A stretch of 64,000 bases of DNA from a virus, in IMG/VR virus record IMGVR_UViG_3300049203_000068, positions 3,339 through 67,338 of that record. One strand, given 5' to 3'. Positions 7,580-18,431 of this stretch are shown here, piece after piece. Each line of letters starts with the position of its first letter. Within the stretch, counting starts at the first letter, position 1. A program made the translations under genes and the position numbers. The notes below the pieces were generated by a model that saw only the letters and a list, made by a program, of their open reading frames with translations, was not told where the DNA came from and did not search any database.

Positions 7580-8628
7580 TGCCGTGTACCTGTAAATGAA
7601 ACCTTGAGCCCTTTCGCTCCCGTGCCCGCCCCATCAATATCAATCGTCACTTTATCGGTTAAGGCAAATGCTGTAGGACTGGATGTCAGCGCGGCGGGCG
7701 TTGCGGCTGTGTGGCTCGTGTCCTCGTTGGCGTCAATCGTCGGGTTAGTAGAAAAGATGGTAGTCCCGCCCTTATTTACATCGATTGTGATCGCCCCTGA
7801 GCTTGATTGCGTGGAAAGTCCAGCGCTAACGCCAGTAATGTTTACAGCAACGGGGAAGTAAAAGGTGATCTTCGCTGCGCCAGTTGTGATTGCAGTGGAT
7901 TCATCGGAAACCGCAACCGTAAATTCAAATCCGAGGCTTGATTTAATCAGGGCCGCAAGCTGGGCCATTGTCACGTCTTCGGGATCTCCCGTGCCCGCAG
8001 TATTACGTCCTTTGATGGTGGCGTTAGCCATATTTGCGAGCTTGGTATTAGTAACAGCATCATTTGCTATTGCCGCACCCTGGCTTCCACTTCCTGGACC
8101 CGCAGTAACATCGCCAGTGAGTTCTGTAATGCCGCCGCCAACACCGGCAACTGCTGTATCAACATAAGTCTTAGTAGCTTTTTGTGAGGCATATTTAGTA
8201 TCTGAATCCGCTGCCAGAGTGCCGTCTGTATCTTTGTTTGCGACGTCTTCTGGTGTGTAGGCAATGTTGGTTTGAATGACATCCCAGTTGGCCCCTACTG
8301 CGGCTTGGGTTCCTGAACTTGTGCCGTCAGTTTTACAGACAAACAGATCGCCAGCCTCAACAACGATTCCAGATGCGCCTCCGATCTTTCCTGCGACGCT
8401 TGCTATGTAGATATGCCCAGCATCGGCTGCGGGATAGTTCGGATTGGTGGAACAGTCAATAGTGCCTTTGTAAACGAGAGTGTCAGCAACGCCGGCGATC
8501 GAGGTGGCCAACTGAGAGATCGATGTATTCTCGTTTACCGGAGTGCCGACGGGATCGCTTACGATTTCAAGGAGGGCGGTCCCTGCGGGATTTGGATTGT
8601 TTGGTAACTGTGTAATCTTGCTTCCCAT
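7576..8628 (-). CDS. tail fibre / receptor-binding-type protein
   Basis: Gly/Thr/Ala rich; LTGDVT, IANDAVTNTKLANMA fibre motifs; C-terminal TIDIDGAGTGAKGLKV domain. Confidence 0.7.
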   Translation of the reverse strand: MGSKITQLPNNPNPAGTALLEIVSDPVGTPVNENTSISQLATSIAGVADTLVYKGTIDCSTNPNYPAADAGHIYIASVAGKIGGASGIVVEAGDLFVCKTDGTSSGTQAAVGANWDVIQTNIAYTPEDVANKDTDGTLAADSDTKYASQKATKTYVDTAVAGVGGGITELTGDVTAGPGSGSQGAAIANDAVTNTKLANMANATIKGRNTAGTGDPEDVTMAQLAALIKSSLGFEFTVAVSDESTAITTGAAKITFYFPVAVNITGVSAGLSTQSSSGAITIDVNKGGTTIFSTNPTIDANEDTSHTAATPAALTSSPTAFALTDKVTIDIDGAGTGAKGLKVSFTGTRQ

Positions 8629-8643
8629 AAATTTGACTCCAGT

Positions 8644-10689
8644 TTAATCGGGTGAATGTAATAACTCTCTGAACTTCCAAGTTGCCAGCATCACGTCATC
8701 TGTTGAGAGCGCCTTTTCAAGACTATCTGCATCGATCCGACAGAACTTGAGGAATGATACTGAGCGTAGGTTTGTTTGAGTCGGCACAGTAGTATTCAAT
8801 GTCAGGACGTCATTTGCCCCTGAGGTCGTTGAAGAATTGATCCGTCTCAAGATCATTGTGTTGTTGTTATACACGAAAGCCAGATCGCGCCTTGCCTCAC
8901 TCCCTGCGTAAACTTCCGTGTAAATGTGACCACTCACGGTTAAGTTGCCACCGACCGCAGAGACGATTGTGAAGTCTCTTTGCATTGAGGCAACCCAAAG
9001 ATAGACCAAAGAACCTGCGTGGTAGTAAAACCATCCTAAGAATTTCGCGATCTGCTCCAGACCTTTCAGTTTAACGCTGTAGCTGAATGCCTCTGCCGCG
9101 CTCGCAGTATCCGATTCGACTTCAAAGATGCCAGTTTCAAAGTCTACTTCGTGTGTTAAGCGATCTACGTCGTACTCGCGCGGATCGCTCCAGTCATGTG
9201 ACTGCCAGATTGCCGGATCGTGGACCTCGTATCCTTTGTACGTGATCGTTGGCGTCCATTCAATAATTCTATTTGGAGTAGCGCTCTCATCCTCTGCTAG
9301 CAGTCTCGCAGTAATGCCTAGCTCTTCCACTTCGGCGGTATGGCCACGGGGCTGAATAGAGGGCGGGAGATAACCCCGTCTTGCCGGGCACACTTGACTG
9401 AGATTTGCAACGTAAGCGTTAACTGTTGGCGTCATTGGCACGACCGCCGATCCGGTGAATGACTCAACTTGGAGATACTCGGATTTCGTAACCTGCCCGG
9501 CATCGTTCAATTCTCGTAAATGAACATAACTATCCACTTCGTAGTCTTTGTACTGAGTCGATGCCGGAATACTTGTTGCTCCTGATGAGAGCGGAACTAG
9601 TAATTGCTCGCGATGCTCAAGTATTGGAATGAACCATTTCCTATCCTGGTAAGCCTTAATCTTTGCTCTTAGATCCTGACGTTCAGCGTTGTCTCGAATC
9701 ACTTGCGCAAATTCAATCTCGCGGCGTGGTTTTGGGCGTACTCCGTTGCCTTCTTCCCTGCCTGAAACAGTCGTAGATAATCCTGACATAAAACTAAGCC
9801 GCTCAATCAGGTTCTGGCTCCAGTTGTGGCGAAAGGGAAAATTCACAGGATCTGGTTCTAAGTCGGAATAAAGAATTGCCGAGGGAACCACATTCGAGAA
9901 ACCATTGAGAAGCGTGGCGTTGATCGCCGACTCGTAATGAACAGTGGTTCTTGTTGATCCAAGTGAGTGAGTGTAATAAGCAACTTCATCATAATGCGCA
10001 TCGCACGCGGAGACCTGAAACGGATGAACAAAGAACCCCGGAAGGTCCTGGACGCTGCCGCTTGCGTTAAGAAACGTGCCGGGCGCATCCATACGATTCG
10101 GCAATCCGCTGGTTATAGTGGTCGTATCTTTCAAAATGGTATCGACACGCAGCGCAAGAGCATTTCCCACTCGCTCGAAAACCACGTGGTAGGATTGGCC
10201 AAACTCCACCGCATCAGGATTAACGACCAGCCAGCCGTTACCGGCTGTATCAATCACGCAGCCTGCGATTTGATCGAAATGATCGATGTAAATAAACGTT
10301 GAGCCTGTGCGGCCAAACATAGGCTGCATAATGGTTCCGAATTGTGCGCCCCCGCCGACTGCCGCGGGAAGTCGCAGCCACCCCTCTAAGGCGAAGTCTC
10401 CGGAGGGTTCAATCAAGGGATCGGTTCCAGCACCGATTCGTGATACGCGCGTTGCTCCAAATATCCCGTCATTGAATCCGCGGAATTCAACACTTGACGG
10501 ATCAGTCTCGATCGGAGATGGATAACCATAAGCCTCTGGCGTTGTGCCGGGCTGGATATATTCGAGCTCTCCGTGCAGCTCGTTCCCTGACAGGTCCGTG
10601 ATCTCATCCCCGTTTGCGGCCGCACCTACATTGTTCAGCCGCCAAAACAGCGCCGGTGTATCCGCCAGAACTTCGCTCTCATAACTCAT
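8644..10689 (-). CDS. tail tip protein with N-terminal LamG domain
   Basis: YESEVLADTPALFWRL...DEVAYY LamG domain; C-terminal distal-tail-like region. Confidence 0.7.
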   Translation of the reverse strand: MSYESEVLADTPALFWRLNNVGAAANGDEITDLSGNELHGELEYIQPGTTPEAYGYPSPIETDPSSVEFRGFNDGIFGATRVSRIGAGTDPLIEPSGDFALEGWLRLPAAVGGGAQFGTIMQPMFGRTGSTFIYIDHFDQIAGCVIDTAGNGWLVVNPDAVEFGQSYHVVFERVGNALALRVDTILKDTTTITSGLPNRMDAPGTFLNASGSVQDLPGFFVHPFQVSACDAHYDEVAYYTHSLGSTRTTVHYESAINATLLNGFSNVVPSAILYSDLEPDPVNFPFRHNWSQNLIERLSFMSGLSTTVSGREEGNGVRPKPRREIEFAQVIRDNAERQDLRAKIKAYQDRKWFIPILEHREQLLVPLSSGATSIPASTQYKDYEVDSYVHLRELNDAGQVTKSEYLQVESFTGSAVVPMTPTVNAYVANLSQVCPARRGYLPPSIQPRGHTAEVEELGITARLLAEDESATPNRIIEWTPTITYKGYEVHDPAIWQSHDWSDPREYDVDRLTHEVDFETGIFEVESDTASAAEAFSYSVKLKGLEQIAKFLGWFYYHAGSLVYLWVASMQRDFTIVSAVGGNLTVSGHIYTEVYAGSEARRDLAFVYNNNTMILRRINSSTTSGANDVLTLNTTVPTQTNLRSVSFLKFCRIDADSLEKALSTDDVMLATWKFRELLHSPD

Positions 10690-12609
10690 TTATTCCAGTA
10701 TCCTTGCGCTTCCGTCCTCAAGTAACCGGGTTGATCCGTCTTCTAAAAGTCTTAGACTTAATGCGGTCACGGTAATCGTTGCGCAAACCTTCGTACCATT
10801 TGTGACTTGTCTGAGTGAATAGGTTTGAATGCAAAACGTGTAAGGACCAATTGTTAATGCGGGCCACCTAAACGAGTCTTTGTTATTCGCGTCCGGGGCT
10901 AGAAACATAGGTGATAGGGTTTCGGTGCCATCAGGTTCCGTGACATAGAGACGTGCGTATTGACCTCCTGGCGTATAAGTGTCAAAGATAATCCCACCCT
11001 GAATAAAATTATCGATGGACCCGTCGACAGTTTCTAATGCCACTTGGGTTAAGCCATCGGATGGAAATTCCACGCTATCCCAGCTTGCAGACGGTGGTGC
11101 AGTATTGAGTCCGGTTGATGGATCTGTATGTGAGGTTCCTGAAGGCTCACCAAACGTCCGAGCTCCCGTTGCGAACTGATCTTCTATGCTTAAAATTCGG
11201 TAGTCGGGATCGCGCGCGGTTCCCGGTGTTACCGCAAGTATCCTCATAATCTTGCTGAATGTCGGGTTAGTCCATTCCCACTTGATCACTTCGCCCCGGT
11301 ATCGCAATTTGCCCCACGAAGGCACAACCCAATTAGTTAACGGGCCGCGAGGGAAACTCAGCGCGCGGCCGTCTCGTGTCACTAAAAGATTGCCCGTCGT
11401 AGTATCCGCGACACCTAAGTACTCCTGTGTTCCGGGAACTGTGCGACCGCCTTGGATCTTCTGATTTGCCGGATCGATGTAGATTGATTTGCGGTCAGCG
11501 AAATTATTGTTCTGATCTTTGAATGCAACCTCTACTTTATTGAGTGTGTCTTCGTAGGCTCCGGGTGAATAGCGATCAATCCGCGTAATTACATCCCGAT
11601 TCATTACCGGCAGAGATCCAAAAGAGTAGTCGCGCCTGATGAGTCTAAGAGTTAGACCAAGTGAGGGTGACGGATCGGCGATCATGTCGCATTGAGCCTG
11701 GATGTTTTTGCAAACCTCAATTGGTGACGTCGGGTTTTCAATCTTCCCGGTCCATCCGAGACCCTCAGAGTGCAAGGTTTGGGCGACGAGTCGGAACGAG
11801 TTAAGGTTTAATTCATCGACGGGAACTTGTGCGCCGTACTCCAGTGACGTCGCGTGTTCAAACCAGACTTCGACCGGGTTAGCATGTCTGCCGATCTTTG
11901 AATATTCAGGAACGCCAAGATTACTCGGCTGGCCCCTAACTGTTACTTTCCATTCCTTGAATCGCGGCGTGAATCCAACCCCACCGGCAGCAAAGTATCC
12001 CGATTCTGTAAATCCAGTTGGACCACGAGAGATCAGGGCCAGAATCCCGTTTAATCCGGGGATGTTTGCCGGAGGAGTCGCCAAGAGGTTATTCAGATAA
12101 GCATTGGGAGGATCTGTGTAGTTTCCCCGTGTGATGTCACACAAAGAATACTGCCCACCTTCACCGGGAGGCTGATCGCCGCCCCATGCCTGGGGGTCGT
12201 CAATCAGAAATGAGCCACCAGCGTTATCTGTGCCGGGCGTAGCTGCGTAAACAAGCCGATCAGCAATCTTAATCTGCTCAATGTGCCTGTCTGGCCCATA
12301 GCAAAGGGCAAATGCCTCTCCGCAGTAGTAGCGGTATGCAACCGTGATCGTATCAAGCAATGCCGCCGAAAGCCCCAAAAACAGGTAATCAGTCCAGTGC
12401 GAGTCACGTTCGACAGCTCGAGCCTTGAAGTCGCCGTACCAGATGCGTGAGGGGGTAATTTCTTCAGTGCCTGCCACATATGCTAGAGATCGCGTCTCTG
12501 ACGGAGCGTTGTCTTTCCGGAACTCTTCAAGGGTGGTCTTGTGTGGTCTTTGCCGGGTAACTTCACCGAGAAACATTTGACCCGCAAGGAGTGCTAACTG
12601 AAGCCACAT
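10690..12609 (-). CDS. tail tip / central fibre (host specificity J-like)
   Basis: WYGDF, ANPVE, LRLIRRDY motifs; position after hub gene. Confidence 0.75.
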   Translation of the reverse strand: MWLQLALLAGQMFLGEVTRQRPHKTTLEEFRKDNAPSETRSLAYVAGTEEITPSRIWYGDFKARAVERDSHWTDYLFLGLSAALLDTITVAYRYYCGEAFALCYGPDRHIEQIKIADRLVYAATPGTDNAGGSFLIDDPQAWGGDQPPGEGGQYSLCDITRGNYTDPPNAYLNNLLATPPANIPGLNGILALISRGPTGFTESGYFAAGGVGFTPRFKEWKVTVRGQPSNLGVPEYSKIGRHANPVEVWFEHATSLEYGAQVPVDELNLNSFRLVAQTLHSEGLGWTGKIENPTSPIEVCKNIQAQCDMIADPSPSLGLTLRLIRRDYSFGSLPVMNRDVITRIDRYSPGAYEDTLNKVEVAFKDQNNNFADRKSIYIDPANQKIQGGRTVPGTQEYLGVADTTTGNLLVTRDGRALSFPRGPLTNWVVPSWGKLRYRGEVIKWEWTNPTFSKIMRILAVTPGTARDPDYRILSIEDQFATGARTFGEPSGTSHTDPSTGLNTAPPSASWDSVEFPSDGLTQVALETVDGSIDNFIQGGIIFDTYTPGGQYARLYVTEPDGTETLSPMFLAPDANNKDSFRWPALTIGPYTFCIQTYSLRQVTNGTKVCATITVTALSLRLLEDGSTRLLEDGSARILE

Positions 12610-13449
12610 TCAGATAACTCCTTTGACTGCCGGGTCTACGTTCGGCATGAATGGCCAGCCGCCATGCTTAGCTCCACTATTTGTTTGGGCATCGAACTTC
12701 ACGGACCAGACTCCGTAAGTCAGATCATCGCCCGGATAAATATCGGCAGTAAACCCTACGTCTAAAGTGAATTGAGGGAAAGCAGCATTAAGCGTTAATG
12801 TTTTTACTCCCAAGACAGTTGTGTGAGTGAGGATTGTTCGCATGTCGCGATCGGGGGCAATGATCAATCCACCTCTGAACCAATCATCCGGTTCGGATAT
12901 TCCGGTAACGGTAATTACGTCTCGCTCATCATTAACAGAATCTATCGTGATTCCGGTTCGCAGTGTTTCGATGTCGATACCTGAGCGCGGATCGAAGATT
13001 GAATAACGGGACAATGCTGACAGGGAGTCATTAAACGATTGCCGTTCAAAGAAGTGCCAAACCGACTTACAGTGAAAGCTGACAATTGAGCGATCAAGTT
13101 CGAAGTTTGGGCGCACAATCCAGCCGTGATACTCGTGAGTTGCGGTATCCAGGTCCCGGTCATAGTTGTAAATATCCACGATCACCGGGTAGGCCGGTGG
13201 ACCAAGTACCCAAAGAGCCGCAACGCTCGACGTATCCTTCATGCTGACGTCGATTTCCGCGTCTTCAGGATCTTCGCTAAAGGTGGGGGGTGTATGGTCC
13301 ACTTGTGGCTTGTCACCACTACTGCTGTCACCGATGTAAACCTCTCCGTTATAAATTTGGTTCTCGCCAACAGCAGTAAGGCGCCGAATATTCCCGCCAC
13401 AGTCGAAGCGGTAAAGAAAGTTAGTCTTGATTGGATCAGTGACAGCCAT
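12610..13449 (-). CDS. baseplate hub-like tail protein (BR0599/DUF2163-like)
   Basis: LYRF start; DDWFRGG; IYPGDD...KF...HGGWPFMP. Confidence 0.7.
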   Translation of the reverse strand: MAVTDPIKTNFLYRFDCGGNIRRLTAVGENQIYNGEVYIGDSSSGDKPQVDHTPPTFSEDPEDAEIDVSMKDTSSVAALWVLGPPAYPVIVDIYNYDRDLDTATHEYHGWIVRPNFELDRSIVSFHCKSVWHFFERQSFNDSLSALSRYSIFDPRSGIDIETLRTGITIDSVNDERDVITVTGISEPDDWFRGGLIIAPDRDMRTILTHTTVLGVKTLTLNAAFPQFTLDVGFTADIYPGDDLTYGVWSVKFDAQTNSGAKHGGWPFMPNVDPAVKGVI

Positions 13450-13860
13450 TTAGAAAGAGAACTGTAATTTGCCGATCCCGAACTTTGGCGGCTTGCCAAT
13501 TTCAATAGCCTTTGCTGGCAGAATCGGGCCACCGTTATAGATCTTTGTGAACGCACCTGATGATGTATCTACTATGTCAAATGAATTCAGGTCTCCGTTG
13601 CCGGCCGTAGAGGGAGAAGGGAATTCCAGGATTACTGAATTGCTCATCTGACCATTCGATGAAGCGCCGAAAATCGTTGTCCCGCGAGGTAGTATGAGAC
13701 GCGCATAACCCCCATAGGTGGACTCCGTTCCGCCCCCGCCGCGATTTGAAGGGGCAACTAACAACCGAATGTAGAGATTTGATCCGATAGAGATCGCCGT
13801 GCCTCTGTAGAAGAAGTTCAGGATCTCATCGGCAGTCGTAAATCCGCACCAGCCAGCCAT
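13450..13860 (-). CDS. minor tail protein
   Basis: GGGGTESTYGGYAR motif; follows tape measure. Confidence 0.65.
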   Translation of the reverse strand: MAGWCGFTTADEILNFFYRGTAISIGSNLYIRLLVAPSNRGGGGTESTYGGYARLILPRGTTIFGASSNGQMSNSVILEFPSPSTAGNGDLNSFDIVDTSSGAFTKIYNGGPILPAKAIEIGKPPKFGIGKLQFSF

Positions 13861-13864
13861 TTAC

Positions 13865-16800
13865 TTACCCTCCATTGCCGCCAAACGAACGCTTCATTAA
13901 CGTATTCCGAACCAGTCTTTCAACGATTACCTGTTCCCCTTCCGGGCTATTGACGTAATTGCGCACATCGCGGCCATCGTCCAGAAAGACAAACCGGATG
14001 TTGCGAGGTTGATTTGTAACCAGTGCCGCATTAGGAATGGACTGGAAGGACGGAGTTGAGCGTTGAATTGACTCCAGCATGCCCATCTCTGCATCTGAAC
14101 GCGAGATGAAGCCCCCGGCCTCGAATTTTGGAATTCGACCGAATAGCCCCTTCGTTTGTTGTAGGTATGCGCGGAGAATGCCGACTTGACGCGTAGCGTG
14201 TTTCGGATCTGTGGTGAGCACCGCTTCTGGATAACCACCCTCAACAACATGCACCATTCCACCCGGCACAGCTGGAAACAGGCCTGTAGCTGCACCTAAT
14301 GCCCCTCCCAAGCCTCCAACTGCCTGAGTGGCGCTAGATGCGGCCACGGTGGCGGCAAACGCGGCCCCAGCGGCCGTCACGGCAGCGGCAAAGGATGCGG
14401 CAGCAGCCGTAAGGCTTCCAACCAGTGTTGTTGAGGCAGCAGCGCCTCCAGTTGTTAAAGCGGTAGCGGCGGCAGTGCCTCCAGTCGTAAGAGCGGTTCC
14501 TGCGGCTGTTCCAGCACTCGCTAAGCTAGTAGCGGCGGTCGTGTCTGCGGCTTTAGGCGAAAGGCCAAAAAGTTTTGAAAGAAAGCCGCCTGGCGTGCCC
14601 TTGGTATTTGTCGCATCTGGCTTAAAAAGTCCCTCCAGTTGCTTAGTAAGACTCTGCGCGGCGATCTTATTGAAAGTATTCAGAACGGTCTCGCCAAACG
14701 AGATCGCGGCATCCTTTAGGCCATCAAACCCGAGCCGCGCGTTTTGAAAGAAGCCTTCGAAGCCCTGCTCGATATTTGAAAACAACTCCTGATTGATTTG
14801 CTGACCAACGTCATCAATTACGGCCCCTAGACGTTCTATTTCCTGAATCTGCGCCCTGATTCTAAGCACCTCATCTTCCTGCCCCTGCGTCGCTTCTGCG
14901 ATCTGTAGTTGAGCCGCAAGAATGTCTAGGAGTCGAGCACGGCTGATTTGCTGAAGCCCCAAGATCGCGGCGCGCGCATCTCTTTCATTCAACACACCGT
15001 CCAGAACTTTATTCTGTATCGTCTGCTCGTGAAGTCGTAACTCTGAAAGCGTGCGCTCAATATCCACGCTCTGCTGTTGGATAATGGCTTTCTTGAAAGA
15101 GCTATCCAGCAAGTCAATGAGATCACGAACCGGCTCTGGTAATTCATCCAATCGCGCTCTGAGTGTTTTAAAATCGACGGAGTTGAGGGCAGTCTGTAAC
15201 TCGGGTGCCAGTGAGGTAACATCAACACGTAGATCTTGGATGGCGTCCTTGAACCTTTGTCGTAGTCGAATCGCGGCAGCGTCCGTAGAAAGACCTCGCT
15301 CTTCAAGAACACTCGCAGTAAGTTCCGTCTCCTGTTTTTGGATTTCTTTAAGTAGATTTGCTTCTTCACGCGTGAGATCTGCCGCTATATCTTTTCGTTT
15401 GCGTTGTAGGGTAAGAATCCTGGTTGAGACTTCGGCGTTTTGCGTCTCAAACTCAGTTTGTGCCTTTGCGAGTTCTGTCTGCTTCTTTGTCTCCGCGGTC
15501 TGAAGTTGTAAGTCTTTGGCGCGGCCTTTGAGTTTTGGATCGCGATTTATTACATCAACAGTGGCTTGAAACTCTCGCTCAATTTGTTTTCTGCGCTCGG
15601 CCCATTCATCAAAGAGAGCTCCACTAAGACTCTTTTCCTTGGCCAGTTCCGCATCAACTTGAGACTCTTCGAGGCGTCTTCGTTCAGCAAAGTATTTTCT
15701 GACGCTGGCAAGCCGGTCTTCAAAATTGGCCTTGAGAACTTCAAGCTCACGATCTAACCCATCCTTAGTGAGATCGAATTGTTGTTGTATACCTGTGCGG
15801 GCTAAGGCAATTCGATTCGCAGCCTGAGTCTCAGTAAACTCGTTTTGCGCCTCTTCAAAGTCTTTCTGAGCCTTACGTAGGGCATTAGCAGCTTGCTTGT
15901 CTCCTTTATCGGTCGCACCCTTCGGTGTAAATCCCTTTTTGCGAAAGACCCCGGCACCAGCTACCGCTTCTCCGCCTACATTTGGACCTAGGTTAGCCGC
16001 AACGGTTACGCCTTGTGCGGCAGCCCTTTGTAGGGCAGCGATAAACTTGGCCACGAGCACGGCGGCGATCGTTGTTGGATCTAGACCGGACACGGCCAAA
16101 ACCAACATATCAATGAGCGCCGCACGGATCTGTGCGTCCGCCGCTACAAGTGCCTCAGCAATTGAAAGGATCAGTTTCGCTGCTAAAACCTGCCCGGCCT
16201 GAGCAAATTTAATTGCCTGCGCAACCAGAAAGGCATTTACACGGACGAAGGCGCGAGCAATGGCGGGTAGAAGTTTCGCGATGAATTGATCCAATGCGCC
16301 CAACGCCGTCAGGAGTATGCGGGCAAATGCGGCCCACGCTCCGCGGAAATCCCCGTCAATCAGCTTTAGGATCAGATCAACGAAGTTACCGAACGTTCTT
16401 AGAAACCCCTCAGTGACCTTTGTCACAAACTCAAATGCCACCCCGACGATCTCAACAATCTTCTTGCCGTAGTTTTCCCACGCGACAGTTATGAGACGGA
16501 GAACCTTTGCGGTGATCGATTGCAGTGTTGGCAGAATTCTTTGACCTATCTCATTAAAGACTGCTCGAATCCGATTGAATGCGCCAAGTACGGCGGCAGC
16601 TGCGTTTTGTACGAGCCCCTGAATACCGAGGAAGTTAGTCTGCCACGCCTTGAAAACAGCAAATGCTGCCGTAGCAAGTGCTGTCAGCTGAATGGCGAGT
16701 CCAGCAAGAACTAAAAGCAATTCGGGAAACCCGATAGCGCCGATAACGCCAGCCAACGCAGCGAATCCTGTAATCATCCCGCCAGCCGCAGTAACTAAAC

Positions 16801-17956
16801 TTCCCAGCACCAGGAGAAGCGGACCAGCGGCGGCAGCGAGCGCCGCAACGGCGATCACGGCTGTCTGGACTTGGGGAGATAGATTTTTAAACGAGTCAGC
16901 CAGGCCGAGGATGAGCGGCTCGAGCGTATTTATGAGTTTAGTTAACGGAGGCAGGATTGCGTCACCGATCGCTACCGATGCAACAAAAATTGAGTCGGTG
17001 AAATTCTCGAAAGAATTCTTTGCGCCAGCGGCAGCTCGAGGTAGCTTAGCAAGCGCGTCGAGTAGTTTCCCAATAAATTCCTGAGACGATAAGCCGAGCT
17101 TTTGTATGTCTTCTGAGTTAACCGTTCCAAACGCTTGTAAGAGCGCCTGACCGACTGCCGGACCGGCTTCGATTATCGGTTTTAGATCTTGAGCTACTAC
17201 CTTCCCCTTCGCGGCCAACTGTCCGAGCTGGACTGTAATACGCTCAAGCTCTTCTCGACCGCCGCCGGTTAATGCAACTGCATTTGCGAATTGTGTGAGA
17301 GCCCGTTCAGCAACTTCAGCAGAGAAACCTACCGCCTGAAGTCGAATCGATCCCTGTATTGCCTCCTGAAACCCAATGCCCGGAGACTTTGCGATTTCTC
17401 TCAACCGAGCGAGTTGCTTGCCCGCTTCATCTGCGGACCCGGCCATCACCTCGAGACCACGACGAAGGGAATCAAACTCAACGGCATTTTTAGTTGCGAG
17501 TACTGCTATGGCGGTCAACGGCGCCGACAGGGCTACGGTCAATAATCGTCCGGCCGAACTTATCCCTGAGCCGATGCGGTTAAGAGTGCCGCCTACCTTT
17601 GATAGTGACTTCTCAAGCTTGATTGAGGTTTGATTGAGCCGATTCTTTTGTTGTTCAAGCTTTTGTGCTGAAAGCCTCGCGCGCTCCATCGCAGTCGCGT
17701 TTCTAAGATTCGCAACTTCGAGGCGTTTCTGTCGAGCATCAAGCGCGGCTGAGGCAAGTTCTAAACGTCGGAGTGCCTGTGCTTGCTTCTCTGATGCCTG
17801 TGTAACCCTTCCAAAGTTTTGAGCGGTATTCCCCGATTTAACGTTCGAAACTGTTTCGAGTTTTTTCTTAATGCGGTCCAAGCCCTGAAGGGTAGGGTTG
17901 AGCCCCTTCAGAATTGACTCTAATGAAATGATTAAGCGAGTGGTGTCTTGATCCAA
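13865..17956 (-). CDS. tape measure protein
   Basis: 1363 aa, Ala/Leu-rich helical, AWQTNFLGIQ motif, KFEAGG; TTG start with GAGG RBS. Confidence 0.92.
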   Translation of the reverse strand: MDQDTTRLIISLESILKGLNPTLQGLDRIKKKLETVSNVKSGNTAQNFGRVTQASEKQAQALRRLELASAALDARQKRLEVANLRNATAMERARLSAQKLEQQKNRLNQTSIKLEKSLSKVGGTLNRIGSGISSAGRLLTVALSAPLTAIAVLATKNAVEFDSLRRGLEVMAGSADEAGKQLARLREIAKSPGIGFQEAIQGSIRLQAVGFSAEVAERALTQFANAVALTGGGREELERITVQLGQLAAKGKVVAQDLKPIIEAGPAVGQALLQAFGTVNSEDIQKLGLSSQEFIGKLLDALAKLPRAAAGAKNSFENFTDSIFVASVAIGDAILPPLTKLINTLEPLILGLADSFKNLSPQVQTAVIAVAALAAAAGPLLLVLGSLVTAAGGMITGFAALAGVIGAIGFPELLLVLAGLAIQLTALATAAFAVFKAWQTNFLGIQGLVQNAAAAVLGAFNRIRAVFNEIGQRILPTLQSITAKVLRLITVAWENYGKKIVEIVGVAFEFVTKVTEGFLRTFGNFVDLILKLIDGDFRGAWAAFARILLTALGALDQFIAKLLPAIARAFVRVNAFLVAQAIKFAQAGQVLAAKLILSIAEALVAADAQIRAALIDMLVLAVSGLDPTTIAAVLVAKFIAALQRAAAQGVTVAANLGPNVGGEAVAGAGVFRKKGFTPKGATDKGDKQAANALRKAQKDFEEAQNEFTETQAANRIALARTGIQQQFDLTKDGLDRELEVLKANFEDRLASVRKYFAERRRLEESQVDAELAKEKSLSGALFDEWAERRKQIEREFQATVDVINRDPKLKGRAKDLQLQTAETKKQTELAKAQTEFETQNAEVSTRILTLQRKRKDIAADLTREEANLLKEIQKQETELTASVLEERGLSTDAAAIRLRQRFKDAIQDLRVDVTSLAPELQTALNSVDFKTLRARLDELPEPVRDLIDLLDSSFKKAIIQQQSVDIERTLSELRLHEQTIQNKVLDGVLNERDARAAILGLQQISRARLLDILAAQLQIAEATQGQEDEVLRIRAQIQEIERLGAVIDDVGQQINQELFSNIEQGFEGFFQNARLGFDGLKDAAISFGETVLNTFNKIAAQSLTKQLEGLFKPDATNTKGTPGGFLSKLFGLSPKAADTTAATSLASAGTAAGTALTTGGTAAATALTTGGAAASTTLVGSLTAAAASFAAAVTAAGAAFAATVAASSATQAVGGLGGALGAATGLFPAVPGGMVHVVEGGYPEAVLTTDPKHATRQVGILRAYLQQTKGLFGRIPKFEAGGFISRSDAEMGMLESIQRSTPSFQSIPNAALVTNQPRNIRFVFLDDGRDVRNYVNSPEGEQVIVERLVRNTLMKRSFGGNGG

Positions 17957-17958
17957 AC

Positions 17959-17983
17959 GGACGCCTCATTAAATAAGGTGTCC
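17959..17983 (-). promoter_or_regulatory. hairpin occluding the tape-measure RBS
   Basis: Minus strand GGACACCUUA-UUUAA-UGAGGCGUCC; GAGG lies in the 3' arm, 7 nt before the UUG start. Confidence 0.55.
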
Positions 17984-18002
17984 ACTCGGCTCTCTGGCGG
18001 GT

Positions 18003-18191
18003 TTACGCGCTGGTGCTCACTGTGGTAGGTGACTGTAGTTTATCAGATTCAGTTTGTTTGAGAGTTGAGGCTAAAGAAATGTCGTTGTACTTTTTGCAGC
18101 GTGAGCATTTTAACCTAACGACGCCGATCAGGTTGTGGCTGATCTGGCAGAGGAAGTTGTTGCAGTGGTGGCAGCGGACGTCAATCAGCAC
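18003..18191 (-). CDS. Mu Com-like zinc-finger regulator
   Basis: DVRCHHCNNFL...LKCSRCKKYN matches the Com pattern RCxxCxxLL...IKCxRCxxxN. Confidence 0.75.
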   Translation of the reverse strand: MLIDVRCHHCNNFLCQISHNLIGVVRLKCSRCKKYNDISLASTLKQTESDKLQSPTTVSTSA

Positions 18192-18431
18192 GGTTGCGAA
18201 GAGCCTTCTTGAAGTGGTAGCGCGCGAAAAGAGCGTAAAGAACCCCGCCGATTAGTTGGCCCGCTCCTACCCCCATGCAAAAGCTAAACCAATCCCATCT
18301 ATTCAATCGTATATCCCCAACTCTGTACCGGAGCGAAGCCTGTTGCCTGGGCCAGCAGGCAACCGACCGCTAAAGCGCCACATTGCTATCGTGAATTCTT
18401 CAATGGTAAACATGATTGAATTATACACTTC

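Noticed and set aside
10019-10029. AACGGATGAAC matches 11 nt of the concatenated NN string
   Set aside because: A match of this length is expected roughly once by chance in 128 kb of both strands, and the flanks do not match.
14328-14560. GC-rich quasi-repeats and long antisense ORFs in the tape-measure gene
   Set aside because: These reflect Ala/Thr/Gly-rich coding; the plus-strand ORFs across 7-59 kb look like shadows of the minus-strand genes.
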